A stretch of 64,000 nt of DNA from a virus. Made by a program: the position numbers and the translations under genes. The notes under the pieces were generated by a model. It was not told the DNA's origin. It saw only the letters and a program-made list of their open reading frames with translations, and did not search any database. The stretch covers positions 32,001-96,000 of IMG/VR virus record IMGVR_UViG_3300025288_000012. One strand, given 5' to 3'. Positions 19,413-29,270 of this stretch are shown here, piece after piece (position 1 is the stretch's first letter; each line of letters opens with the position of its first letter).

Positions 19413-20540
19413 CTACCTATGACCAATAAAGACTGGGATACCAAAAGGTAGACGGGTTGTTGGTGCATTTATCAAACCTAAGGTTCCCTTAGACGAGGCA
19501 ACATTAAGATTCTTGCTTCCAATTGATCCATCACCTGACCTAAGACCTTGAACTGCAAGTTTGGCCTTCATAGGAACTACCTTGTCACTTATTGCCGACT
19601 CTATACGACCTAGTGCTGCATCCAACTGTGGAGTCCTATCCACATTAAGAGAGATACCTTGACCAGAAAAATCAAAGGACAAACTTCCTTCTGCTAGAAG
19701 CTGAGCACTCAAGGCGTAGTAACATGAACAAGTAAGCCACCCATCCAGAAGTACACCCTGCATATTCATGCCATTCCATGAACTAGGCTGCCCTACTCCA
19801 TTGAACAAATACAGACCACGCTCAAGGTACGACACTAAATCACCTGAAGTGTATTGCAGCTCAGGTATGGTATTTTCAATTCTAGACTTGTTAAGGAAGT
19901 CCTCTAGGAAGTTCATCGCTAGAAGAATCTGAGGCGTTATGGTCCACATCTTGTACACGAAGGACCTGCTGGTGCCGCCCTGGGGTGTAACGTCTACCTT
20001 CAGTAGAGCTGCTTGCAGTGAAGGCTCAGGGAACACCAGAGGCAGCAAGATGCTGGTCTTATCAACGGTACGAGTTATAGCGTTGGACGAATTTATATCA
20101 CCAGGTGTAGAAAGAATGGGCTCATTGTTGAAGTATATTTGGTACGTACCCGTATCGGCTGCTGCAAAGTGTGTAGGCAAGACTAAGGTGAACGTTGCGT
20201 CACCCCACAAGGCTATTACGTCAGACTCCCGGTACTCTGTCTTCGGTTCAACAATGACTGCAGAGGTTTCTCGGAACTTGTCACCTTGAGGCGTGTGGAA
20301 TACCCACACCAAACGTAGTTCCTGCTTAGTGGACACACCCATCGTAGGAATACTTACGTTCGCAACCCACACACCAGGAGTAGCTGAAGGCGATGCGGTG
20401 CTTAGGCTTAGCACAGCCTTAGAGTCGTCGTACAGACGTACTTTAGGGTATCCGGCTGCTGCAATTAGTGGTACATCAGCATCGTCTAAGAACTCTTGAG
20501 AGGCGGAAAGAACTGTTCCGTCTACGGCATTATAGATCAT
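19413..20540 (-). CDS. Putative virion neck/head-completion-like protein
   Basis: 375 aa with a beta-rich N-half; C-half (LSFDFSGQGISLNVDRT) is reminiscent of jumbo-phage neck proteins; unverified. Confidence 0.4.
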   Translation of the reverse strand: MIYNAVDGTVLSASQEFLDDADVPLIAAAGYPKVRLYDDSKAVLSLSTASPSATPGVWVANVSIPTMGVSTKQELRLVWVFHTPQGDKFRETSAVIVEPKTEYRESDVIALWGDATFTLVLPTHFAAADTGTYQIYFNNEPILSTPGDINSSNAITRTVDKTSILLPLVFPEPSLQAALLKVDVTPQGGTSRSFVYKMWTITPQILLAMNFLEDFLNKSRIENTIPELQYTSGDLVSYLERGLYLFNGVGQPSSWNGMNMQGVLLDGWLTCSCYYALSAQLLAEGSLSFDFSGQGISLNVDRTPQLDAALGRIESAISDKVVPMKAKLAVQGLRSGDGSIGSKNLNVASSKGTLGLINAPTTRLPFGIPVFIGHR

Positions 20541-20549
20541 GGATGTTCC

Positions 20550-21689
20550 TCAACTGAAGGATATGTTTTGAACTAGCTTGTCAGTGTACGCAGCATCTGC
20601 TGAGAACATCTTCTGAGCCACGTGGTCAACAGGCATGAAAAGCTGTCCCAGGTTTGTATCTGGTCCTTCAAAGGCCTTTACCATGTAGGCTGCGCGTTGT
20701 CGAAGCTGCCCCCACAGCCTGCTATCGGTTGAGTAGTCTAGTTCTATCTTAGAATGACCTGTTGACACAAGGCTATCAACTACAGCTGGTGCAAGCACAT
20801 CTTCGGCCGACTCGAAATCCGTATCAGAGGTGTTTATGCTTTGGATTAGTCGAATCAAACTATTGGACAGGTGGTCAAGTATGGTGTTCTTTGATACAGT
20901 GGGGAAACCAATCAGCTCTTTCGCAGGTGCTGATAGTCTGTTCAGGTCAGTTGTGTGAAGCTCTGCAAAGTAATACAGGGCTACTTCAGCTGTTATCATC
21001 TTTGAGGTAAGGAGATTGGGTGCGTATCTCCAGATCAGAGGATTGAACACCCACAAGTAATATGGAGTAGACGTTAGAATTTTGTACAGGCTACTTGACC
21101 CTACACCCTCTTTTAGGTATTTCAGTCCTTTGTCGTACTGAGCATCGTAGGAGTCGATCTCGTAGAAACGGCTGAACTTCGCCAAGGACTTTGTCATAAC
21201 ACCCAGTATGTTGTACAGGTAGGCTAGGTGTTCAGTGTACAAAGCATGGCACCCAAAACGAGCACATTCAGTACCAGTTAGGCCGATAGTTGTGAAGGCT
21301 GATTGTGATTTGCGATTACCAAACTGACTAACTGAATTGGAGCGTTTATTCTTGACCGTCAACTTCATTTCATTTGGGTCGTCGTACAAGTCGTAGGCAA
21401 AGGTGAACGTCAATTGCCTATTAGCTGGACACACGTCTTCAGGCGGAGGCTTAGACACTCCTCTGGAGAAACTCGAAGGTCTAGAGAAAATATTGACCAA
21501 CGTGAAGTTAATCTTGGACGAGCTAAACCTGGGTGAACTGATCAACTTAGAGGCAAGAAATTCGTAGAGCTCACCAGTTTTTATCTGCAGGAACTTCGGC
21601 TTGAGGAAGAACATGGCAGAAGCCGCAGACATGTGGAACACGCTACCTCGAAAAGTAACGGACTGGTAAGTGTGAAACTTAGGTTTCAT
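20550..21689 (-). CDS. Hypothetical protein
   Basis: 379-aa ORF. Confidence 0.65.
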   Translation of the reverse strand: MKPKFHTYQSVTFRGSVFHMSAASAMFFLKPKFLQIKTGELYEFLASKLISSPRFSSSKINFTLVNIFSRPSSFSRGVSKPPPEDVCPANRQLTFTFAYDLYDDPNEMKLTVKNKRSNSVSQFGNRKSQSAFTTIGLTGTECARFGCHALYTEHLAYLYNILGVMTKSLAKFSRFYEIDSYDAQYDKGLKYLKEGVGSSSLYKILTSTPYYLWVFNPLIWRYAPNLLTSKMITAEVALYYFAELHTTDLNRLSAPAKELIGFPTVSKNTILDHLSNSLIRLIQSINTSDTDFESAEDVLAPAVVDSLVSTGHSKIELDYSTDSRLWGQLRQRAAYMVKAFEGPDTNLGQLFMPVDHVAQKMFSADAAYTDKLVQNISFS

Positions 21690-22969
21690 AAGAAACTCTT
21701 GAGTGCTTTTTTGATAGCAGTGAGCTCTTCAGGCGTAAGGTCTAGTGCAGACTGAAGCTCTTGCAGCTTCGTCAAGTTGAGTAACAGTGTTGACTTGTCG
21801 TCAGCACGCAGATCCGGTGTGAGGATAAAGTGGATGGAGGTTCTTCCTCCAGCTGCCTTGACGATTTTCCGCTTGAACACCGACTTAGAGCGAGAGGTAA
21901 GACCAACTACAGACTTTAGCAGCGGTATTATCTGCGTAACGATAGAGTTGAACTTGGAAGGTGGGATGTTTGGCTTCAGATAGACGATTATGGCGTCATC
22001 TTTAACATCTGCACTCGACACATAAGGAATCTTGTTTATGCCCTTGGAGTTCAACTGCTCTTTAGTAGCAGGCATTGGGCGACGTTCAGCGTCACTAAGT
22101 ATGTCATTGGCACCAAGTAGGAACTTAATCCGCTGAAGTGCAGCTTTCTCATTGGGCACTTCCTTACCTAGATCATACTTGCCCGGTACCTTGAAATCAG
22201 GCAACGTATTCAGGTAATATGTGATGGCGTTATCCTTGACCACACCTGTCAGAACAATGTAGAACTCTGAGTAAGTGAATCCCTTGTCATCCTTTAGGTC
22301 CTGAAGGCACAGGTAGAGCGAGAACCACAATTGGTCTTTACCAGTGGACACATAGACAAGCTCAGTTATGTCAGAGTAAGTCTTGGGATCAACTGTGTCC
22401 AGAACAAAGCCGATAAGGCGAGTTATCAAGGTCTTCATTTCTGAAGGTACATGCTTATCTGCGATGCGGCTAAGAGTAGTCAGAGCCTTATTGATAGCGG
22501 AATTTGCCTCGTTCTTCAGAGCTTTAGCGGCAGCTAGTGCAGCAGCCTGGTTCTTTGTTCCCTCAAACGACTGGGACAACAAGGCTTCAACCGCGTCAAG
22601 CTCGCTTGTGTTGTCGTATAGGCTTTGCACTATACCTACGCTGGACTGGATCTTGTCAAGTGGTGGGACGACAAACTTCTTGAGCTTCACACCAAGGGAA
22701 CTGGCAGTTGGTGCAGTCTTAGTGTTGATACGTCTAGATGACGGACTAGGTACCTTAACCGTCTGAATCTTGATCTCGTCAGTCTCTTCAATCTTCTTGG
22801 CCGAAGTGGAAGATAACACCTCAACTAAGTCTCCTACAAGGATTGAATTGTGCTTAATCTCCTTAGCGATTTCTCGTAGGATTGCAGTAAGATCGTTGAC
22901 TGACCGAGCTTTTCGTATGGCCGAATGCCTTTTCTCGGTAGAAGAGCTCGATAGCATTAGCTTGCTCAT
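21686..22969 (-). CDS. Hypothetical protein, possibly virion
   Basis: 427-aa ORF, MSKLMLSSSS start. Confidence 0.65.
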   Translation of the reverse strand: MSKLMLSSSSTEKRHSAIRKARSVNDLTAILREIAKEIKHNSILVGDLVEVLSSTSAKKIEETDEIKIQTVKVPSPSSRRINTKTAPTASSLGVKLKKFVVPPLDKIQSSVGIVQSLYDNTSELDAVEALLSQSFEGTKNQAAALAAAKALKNEANSAINKALTTLSRIADKHVPSEMKTLITRLIGFVLDTVDPKTYSDITELVYVSTGKDQLWFSLYLCLQDLKDDKGFTYSEFYIVLTGVVKDNAITYYLNTLPDFKVPGKYDLGKEVPNEKAALQRIKFLLGANDILSDAERRPMPATKEQLNSKGINKIPYVSSADVKDDAIIVYLKPNIPPSKFNSIVTQIIPLLKSVVGLTSRSKSVFKRKIVKAAGGRTSIHFILTPDLRADDKSTLLLNLTKLQELQSALDLTPEELTAIKKALKSFL

Positions 22970-23043
22970 TGGTGTTCACCTAGTGTCGTTTAACGTATGA
23001 AAATTATGAATTATTGTCCACAACTGATTCTGTTAGCATCATA

Positions 23044-23433
23044 CTAAGGTGATCCCATAAGGTCAGTTTGCTCCTCCATTTCCTTTATTACTGCCCTGAT
23101 GTTGGCTAGTATCTGGTTACGTTGAGTCTCGTAGAAGCCAGAAACACTAGCGCTTTCCTCTATAGCTGGATACTTCAACAGCAAGTTCACAAAAGGACGA
23201 AGTATGTCGAAGTACCCTTTGGAATTCTCGGATAGGCACTGACGATAACGCTGCATGTAGTGCATCAAAATTTCACCAGCGTGCATTAGGTCGTTGTCAT
23301 TGCGACGTTTCAGATAACCAAATATCTGAAGTGCATAGTTCATTTGAATCATTCGCAGAGCTATTGGGTAGAGTTCGTTAGGTGAGGTCATATTATTACC
23401 TAAATTTAAGTGTGAAAGTAAGAAACGGGCCAC
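23044..23433 (-). CDS. Hypothetical protein (start probably later, at MTSPNE)
   Basis: The track start lies inside the terminator hairpin. Confidence 0.5.
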   Translation of the reverse strand: MARFLLSHLNLGNNMTSPNELYPIALRMIQMNYALQIFGYLKRRNDNDLMHAGEILMHYMQRYRQCLSENSKGYFDILRPFVNLLLKYPAIEESASVSGFYETQRNQILANIRAVIKEMEEQTDLMGSP

Positions 23434-23448
23434 TAGGGTCCGTTTCTT
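23420..23448 (-). terminator. Intrinsic terminator after the histone-like gene
   Basis: AAGAAACGGGCC-ACTAG-GGTCCGTTTCTT, 12-bp stem with one mismatch. Confidence 0.65.
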
Positions 23449-23479
23449 GTGCTGCGTACTCAGTCCAACCGAGTGCTAA

Positions 23480-24112
23480 TTACTTAGCCCGCGGGCGAGT
23501 CACCTTGCGAGCTGCCGGGCGGGCGGTGGTACGAGCCTTACGAGCGGCGGGCTTGGTAGCGCGGGGCGTACGAGCCTTACGAGCGGCGGGCTTGGTAGCG
23601 CGGGGCTTGCGAGCTGCCGGGCGGGCGGTGGTACGAGCCTTACGAGCGGCGGGCTTGGTAGCGCGGGGCGTACGAGCCTTACGAGCGGCGGGCTTGGTAG
23701 CGCGGGGCTTGCGAGCTGCAGGTTTGGCTGCGCGAACCTTGGCGGCCTTCTTCACCTTCGGGCTGGCTTTGGCGGACTTGGCGATCTTGGCGTTGATCTT
23801 GTGCTGATTGACTTTACGGGTCTTGGCGGCCTTCTTGGCACGCAGAGACTTTTCAGCCTTGGTCATCTTCTTGGCTGCGAGCTTGGCAGTCTTGGAGGCA
23901 ACCTTGTCGATCTTGATCTTGCCGTCACGCTTGAGCTTGGCAACCTTCAGCTTTGCGGCTTCGGTCTTGGGGGCATGGGTCTTGCGAGCGGGCCGGGCTG
24001 CGGGAGAAGCAGCGCGGGTTTTACGAGCGGGCTTTGCGGCGGGAGAAGCAGCGCGGGTTTTACGAGCGGGCCGGGCTGCGGGAGCGGCTGCCTTACGGGT
24101 ACGAATTGCCAT
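23480..24112 (-). CDS. Histone H1-like / AlgP-Hc2-like K/R/A/P-rich DNA-binding protein
   Basis: 210 aa, almost no acidic residues, repeated KPAARK(A/P)R units; AGGAG RBS. Confidence 0.8.
   Translation of the reverse strand: MAIRTRKAAAPAARPARKTRAASPAAKPARKTRAASPAARPARKTHAPKTEAAKLKVAKLKRDGKIKIDKVASKTAKLAAKKMTKAEKSLRAKKAAKTRKVNQHKINAKIAKSAKASPKVKKAAKVRAAKPAARKPRATKPAARKARTPRATKPAARKARTTARPAARKPRATKPAARKARTPRATKPAARKARTTARPAARKVTRPRAK
23505..23719. repeat. 102-bp tandem duplication (2 copies + partial) inside the histone-like gene
   Basis: Units 23505-23606 and 23607-23708 are identical and encode PRATKPAARKARTPRATKPAARKARTTARPAARK. Confidence 0.9.
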
Positions 24113-24234
24113 TTTGAAACTCCTTAAGAGTGGTTAACAAACATGATGCGTTTAGCAACTTGTGCACCTTTGCACAAATCGTGAAAAAAAATTATTAACA
24201 TCAACAATAAAACACAAAGATTGAAAATAAATTT

Positions 24235-25317
24235 TCATCTGATCGGTAGCGTTTTGTGTATAAAGTTCAACCCTTCGGTAGGTTGTAGTACCCTTACGTT
24301 GACCTGCCAGTCAAGATTACGGTCTTCGGCCGTTCGCAGATACTGTTCATCCGATATCTTGAACGTAGTATTGCGTGAAGGAACATGAATAATGTCACCT
24401 GGAGCTACATCCCTTATTGTCATTGGTAGTATTATTTGGATGTTACCTAAGGTGTCAAACATAGTCCAGTCTGTAGCCTTTGACGCCTGCGATAGATTGG
24501 CCCACACACGTTCTGTACCTAGATCGAACTCTATAACTGCATGGGTGAACATATCACTCATGCAGCGCACTAGTGCCACACCACCTGAGGATGCCCTTAA
24601 GTACGCTTCAGTAATAGGCATCCCAGTGCTGTCAACAAGAACTTCGTCAACCAGCAATGAAGTGTTATTCCGAATCGAGTACGCTACACCCTTAAAATAC
24701 TTTGGAACCTCAACAACGAAGTCAACATAGCCTTGAGCCGGGTCCAACTTTACTAGAGTATGAGGACTAGTAGTGATGTTCTTGTGGTAGCCATAAGTGT
24801 CTGCTATGTCGAAAGTAGTAAGAACTCTGCGATCATGACCGTAAAGCTCAAATGCTGGTATGTGTCCCGATCGGTAGCATATACCGCAATCTGCACTTGA
24901 GGAGAACAGACTATCGACGCGATCTACACCAGAGTCATCGTCCACAAGGGCAAACTCGTCTTCATCGGATTCATCTTCTGCTGAAAGTGAATCACCAACG
25001 GCACCGAACAAGGGCCTTACATAGTCGATGACTATTTCCTGGTCAGCATTTCCGTTAGTTTTGGTCATTGTGGCAGTCGATGCAGACTTTCCAACGGGTA
25101 GTTCTGTTTGCTGACAGGTACAGAGTTGCACTGAGGTACACTGGTGGTAGTATTTTACCTCGAATGAATCCACACCTAGTGCTTCTAAACCTTGGTTTTG
25201 GTAACTGGTAACCACCTCTCGTAGACGGGCATCTGCTTGCTTGTGAATATAGTTCTTAGGGTGCCTACGCTTGATAACGCCAGTTCCTTTGGTAATCATG
25301 GCCAATTCCTTATTCAT
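24235..25317 (-). CDS. Putative virion structural protein (head-closure-like, tentative)
   Basis: 360 aa, Cys clusters (CTCQ, CGIC), beta-rich C-terminus. Confidence 0.5.
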   Translation of the reverse strand: MNKELAMITKGTGVIKRRHPKNYIHKQADARLREVVTSYQNQGLEALGVDSFEVKYYHQCTSVQLCTCQQTELPVGKSASTATMTKTNGNADQEIVIDYVRPLFGAVGDSLSAEDESDEDEFALVDDDSGVDRVDSLFSSSADCGICYRSGHIPAFELYGHDRRVLTTFDIADTYGYHKNITTSPHTLVKLDPAQGYVDFVVEVPKYFKGVAYSIRNNTSLLVDEVLVDSTGMPITEAYLRASSGGVALVRCMSDMFTHAVIEFDLGTERVWANLSQASKATDWTMFDTLGNIQIILPMTIRDVAPGDIIHVPSRNTTFKISDEQYLRTAEDRNLDWQVNVRVLQPTEGLNFIHKTLPIR

Positions 25318-25429
25318 TTGACCCTGTAAAATTACGAATAGAACTGTAAAGGATCAAGTTCGGTTACATTTCAAATTCACCCTCGCTTTGTGTAATTTCA
25401 ACTTCACATACAATATTTAGGAAGCACAA

Positions 25430-25477
25430 ATGCACATGACGCTGCTCGGTCTTGATCCTGGGAAAAACAATGGCTAG
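25430..25477 (+). pseudogene. Orphaned 5' stub of a RuvC-like gene
   Basis: ATG..TAG reads MHMTLLGLDPGKNNG*, i.e. the RuvC first motif (hhhxDPG); AGGA upstream; overlaps the ATG of the next gene. Confidence 0.65.
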
Positions 25478-27026
25478 ACGTAGAACTACAACTCCAGAAG
25501 GTTATAGGAAAGCCTTAACTGAAAAATATGGTAAAGACACTTATCTGAGTGGATTTAAGTCAATGTCGGCACCAGCACTCCACACTTGCCCCAAGTGTGG
25601 AGTGGAATTTTTGAAATCACCTGGACTAATGTTGGGTAGTAGGAGATATGCAAACTGCTTGAAATGTTCTCGCGCAATAACTACATTAAAACAGAGAGTA
25701 CCAGAGAAAAAGTTTAGGGTTGCACTAAAGAAAAAGTTTGACTACATTGAATGTTTGGCCTATACTACTAATCACAAGCCATCAAAATTTAGATGCGGAC
25801 TGTGCGGGAATGAATGGGAAACAAAAGCATACGAGTTGATGAAACTTAAACATGGCTGCCCCGTGTGTGCTAGTGTTGAGGCAGCTCGTGCGACTACTCA
25901 CTCTATTGAAGAAATACGCGAGCAGCTTAAAGAAGCAAATCCAACTTTGCGAGTACTGGACACGAAGAGAAGGAAGGACAAAGGGTTTGTACAAGTACAA
26001 GGAGAGTGTGGTCACAGTTGGATTGCCAGTATAGGAAACTTGGTCCATAATAAAACTGGTTGCCCAATTTGCTCAAAGTTCAAAGGAACTGAATACAGGA
26101 CCACAGCCAAGTTTGTGCATCTGGGTAAACGAAAAGTTGCAGTTGAAGGGTCTGAGCACATAGCTTTAAAATTTCTGTTGAAAAAGGTTGCCGCTACTAA
26201 AATAGCCGTGTTTAGTGAAGGCACTATAGACCCAGTGCCCTACACTTTTCAATCGGTAGAAAGAGAATACTGGCCTGACCTTAAAATTGGACCAAGACTA
26301 CTGGTGGAAGTAAAGTCGACCTACACTCTGTTCAAGGATTTTTTAAAGAACAAAGCCAAGGTAGCAGGGTGCAATAAAGCAGGGTTCAGAATAAAATTTC
26401 TGGTAGTTGTAGGTAACAGGACTATCGTCCTGCCTAAAGAATGGACAACCTGGAAGCAAGATAAAGTAGAAGCCTACCTTAGGACAAAAACTTTAAACTC
26501 TTTAAGGGTGCTATCCTTAGACCCAGGTGTTACAAATTTTGCATGGGCAGTTACTGAAGCTGATAGGTCAAGTATGCTAGTTCTAGCGTCAGGAATGCTA
26601 AACAATACCATAACAGACTTGAAGGTAAGTATAAAGGACCAGTCTAAACTATTTAAGGAAGAGATACTGGAGATAATTCAAGAGTACCAAGTAGATAGCA
26701 TAATACTAGAACGGTTTATGTCACGAGGTCATGGTGGAACAACTATAGAACTTGTAAACATAATGATAGGTGTTCTTCTTGGCATGCCTTGTGCCGCATT
26801 AAAGAGGTGGAAATTAGTTACAGCCGCGCAGTGGAAGAATGAATGGAACCGTAGAGCAGACCTAAGTGCATTTTATTCAAAAGTAAGTGGAACCGTACAC
26901 CAAGTTGATGCAATAGGAATAGGGATGTACGGAATTGACACATGGTTCGATCAAGTACCATTCGATTATCTGACGGACGACTTTCAAAAGAAACTTGCTT
27001 TAAACATAAGCCGTACTTCAATATGA
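25470..27026 (+). CDS. Fusion: Zn-ribbon repeats + PD-(D/E)xK endonuclease + RuvC-like Holliday junction resolvase
   Basis: CxxC pairs; YWPDLK..LVEVKS; then VLSLDPGVTNFAW, IILERF, HQVDAIGIG. ATG at 25470 (track start 25452 is TTG). Confidence 0.8.
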   Translation: MARRRTTTPEGYRKALTEKYGKDTYLSGFKSMSAPALHTCPKCGVEFLKSPGLMLGSRRYANCLKCSRAITTLKQRVPEKKFRVALKKKFDYIECLAYTTNHKPSKFRCGLCGNEWETKAYELMKLKHGCPVCASVEAARATTHSIEEIREQLKEANPTLRVLDTKRRKDKGFVQVQGECGHSWIASIGNLVHNKTGCPICSKFKGTEYRTTAKFVHLGKRKVAVEGSEHIALKFLLKKVAATKIAVFSEGTIDPVPYTFQSVEREYWPDLKIGPRLLVEVKSTYTLFKDFLKNKAKVAGCNKAGFRIKFLVVVGNRTIVLPKEWTTWKQDKVEAYLRTKTLNSLRVLSLDPGVTNFAWAVTEADRSSMLVLASGMLNNTITDLKVSIKDQSKLFKEEILEIIQEYQVDSIILERFMSRGHGGTTIELVNIMIGVLLGMPCAALKRWKLVTAAQWKNEWNRRADLSAFYSKVSGTVHQVDAIGIGMYGIDTWFDQVPFDYLTDDFQKKLALNISRTSI

Positions 27027-27058
27027 AAGCAGTATTGCAACCTTGAGGAATCGTATAA

Positions 27059-27598
27059 GTGCAACCGAAAACTAACACCTGTCTTTATGTGGAATGGTAC
27101 AAATTTCACAAGTGTGAGATACGGACTTGTAAGAACTTCACCTCAATAACTAGAACTAGCTGTCTTGCACTTGATAGGGTTAACCCATCAGGTGTGAGGG
27201 CCATAACTGACGCAGAGCTTCACATGTACAAATACCCGGAGGCAAAGGTTAGTACAAGGCTGATAGCGCTAAAGCGTAAAGCAGCAGTTGACAGGGTAAA
27301 GGCTATGTTAGTTCTGCGCGAACTTATAGAGTTCATCCGGGAGAAGAACCACGTTGGACAAAGTGTAGAGACACCTGCAACAATAAAGCTTGAGTCACTG
27401 TACCCGCTGAAGGTAAAGAAATTGAAGTTTGAATCATGGATGTGGCCACATATAGTGTCCACTAAAACCTACGAGGAATTTTTGTCACGACAAAGTGGCG
27501 AATGTTCCCAGATATACCTTCACCAGCTGTTAAACATCACGGCTATGAAGTTTGATGCACTAGCACGTTCACTAACCAAGGAGTTTGAAAATGACTGA
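27059..27598 (+). CDS. Hypothetical protein
   Basis: 179-aa ORF, Cys-containing N-terminus. Confidence 0.6.
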   Translation: MQPKTNTCLYVEWYKFHKCEIRTCKNFTSITRTSCLALDRVNPSGVRAITDAELHMYKYPEAKVSTRLIALKRKAAVDRVKAMLVLRELIEFIREKNHVGQSVETPATIKLESLYPLKVKKLKFESWMWPHIVSTKTYEEFLSRQSGECSQIYLHQLLNITAMKFDALARSLTKEFEND

Positions 27599-28175
27599 AT
27601 CGAAAATCAAGCAATTTATTTCCATCGGAGAATCAGAGAAGGATGAGTCTTCTTCTGTGTGGGTGTTGAACTCGTCCGACCCCAAAGGTAACATCAACTT
27701 CTCGGTGTCAGATGGTATGGGCGGCCAGGTAGTTATCCACCTTCCGGTTACCTGGATTCCGATGGACCTGACTACCCAGGCTACAAAAGCTACCATCCTT
27801 GCAAGCCCGCGATTCCGCAACCTCCTGGCGCAGAAAATGATCCAGCTGGTATCGGCTCAGTACGCTGAGTCTGTCATGACCCAGTCTACGGCAATCTCAG
27901 AAGCTCGTCGGGTGTACAACCGCACCATGCACCAGGAGCTGGATAACAGTAACATGCCCAGTGCTGCCCAAAGTATTGTGGCCGAGGGCATGGGTGACGT
28001 TAGTGGCTTCGCCATGAACATTGCTCATAGCGACTCACTGGATGAAGACAGTGCACTCAACGCACTTCGCGGTCAGGAGTCAGTTCTCACCAAAGCTGAC
28101 ATGCAGTTCATCGCTCAAAACTCTAGCTTGGCACGGGTCAAGGAATATGCAGCTCAGCGTGTTACCCAGATGTAA
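27585..28175 (+). CDS. Hypothetical protein
   Basis: 196 aa, biased codons, followed by a terminator; likely start MTES at 27591. Confidence 0.65.
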   Translation: MKMTESKIKQFISIGESEKDESSSVWVLNSSDPKGNINFSVSDGMGGQVVIHLPVTWIPMDLTTQATKATILASPRFRNLLAQKMIQLVSAQYAESVMTQSTAISEARRVYNRTMHQELDNSNMPSAAQSIVAEGMGDVSGFAMNIAHSDSLDEDSALNALRGQESVLTKADMQFIAQNSSLARVKEYAAQRVTQM

Positions 28176-28194
28176 GGTGTTCGCAGCAAAGGAG

Positions 28195-28220
28195 ATGGCC
28201 GCTAATTGCGGCCATTTTTT
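28195..28220 (+). terminator. Intrinsic terminator between convergent genes
   Basis: ATGGCCGC-TAATT-GCGGCCAT followed by a T run. Confidence 0.8.
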
Positions 28221-28237
28221 TCGTCTTGACAACAAGG

Positions 28238-29242
28238 TTAAATGAAATCGTGCTTATCGTTAAGCAGTGCTTTCAACTTTCGGATGTAGGACTCAGGCAT
28301 ATTACCTGGGTCATACTCTTTGCCGGAGCTAGAAGGTGGTATGCGTATACGCTTAAGCGACACCTTAGTTGTATCGAATATGGACTTTATGGTATTCCAA
28401 GTAACGTCACCACCAGAATCTCCATCAGTCATGGCATAGATGTGCGTTATACCCAACGACAGCACAAACAAAGCCTTAGTGCGATTTGAAGTACGTGCAC
28501 CCAGTAGTGCAAGTGCTGGTATACCGTGGGAAAGCAACCTAAGTGCATCCCGTGGTCCCTCTACGACAATAACGAACTTGTAACCTGTTCTGCGCAGGAG
28601 ATTTTTCGTGTAAACATAAGGGAACAGTCCATAAGACTTTACCCACTCTCCTCGCATTGTTATGTAGCCCAGCTTTCCCTTTTGTCCGTCTTGCTTTTCA
28701 AAGATAGCCTTTACTCCACCACGAACCTTCCCGGCTATCTTTACAGGGAACAGTACTGCGATAGAGTCGTTGTGGTAATCTTCAATGATGTGACCACCAA
28801 CGTCATGAACTAGTTGCCCTTTGTACCCACGCCATTCAAGACTTATAGGCCATCTCTGAGCTTCGGTGCACCCCATCTTCCTCTTGACTTCTTTGAACGT
28901 AATACCTGCATCACCCAGTAACTCATTGTCTGTGTCTGCAGTTACGATGTTCTTCGCTACTGAACCATTGCTGTCGTTAGCCCAGGCTTGGATTGTAGGT
29001 AGACCAGTCTTTTCGGCGAAGACGTTCCAGTGACCGTGTTCTCCGCACCCAAGGCAATTGAAAGAGAACTGTTCGCGTTTCCCAGTTGACTCAGCTACAT
29101 AAATACCCAGCGATGGGTCAGTGTCATCATGGAACGGGCAGCGAACCATATGCCAACTTCCAGCTTGTTTCTGTGGGCCACCGTACTGACGCAGACCCGT
29201 TAGTACAATGTCCAGGTTGTCCTTCTGTGTGTACGTGGTCAT
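28238..29242 (-). CDS. DNA primase (Zn finger + Toprim)
   Basis: RCPFHDD..NCLGC; VVEGPRDAL; TDGDSGGD. Start MTTYTQK at 29242 (track 29428). Confidence 0.88.
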   Translation of the reverse strand: MTTYTQKDNLDIVLTGLRQYGGPQKQAGSWHMVRCPFHDDTDPSLGIYVAESTGKREQFSFNCLGCGEHGHWNVFAEKTGLPTIQAWANDSNGSVAKNIVTADTDNELLGDAGITFKEVKRKMGCTEAQRWPISLEWRGYKGQLVHDVGGHIIEDYHNDSIAVLFPVKIAGKVRGGVKAIFEKQDGQKGKLGYITMRGEWVKSYGLFPYVYTKNLLRRTGYKFVIVVEGPRDALRLLSHGIPALALLGARTSNRTKALFVLSLGITHIYAMTDGDSGGDVTWNTIKSIFDTTKVSLKRIRIPPSSSGKEYDPGNMPESYIRKLKALLNDKHDFI

Positions 29243-29270
29243 TTTTATGTAAACAATGTGATGTATAACG

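Noticed and set aside
23382-24137. Overlapping ORFs across the histone-like gene
   Set aside because: Shadow frames of a GC-rich repeat that lacks stop codons.
25470-26540. Group I intron joining the RuvC stub to the downstream RuvC
   Set aside because: The candidate 3' junction lacks the terminal G, the insert is one continuous ORF, and the downstream RuvC has its own DPG motif.
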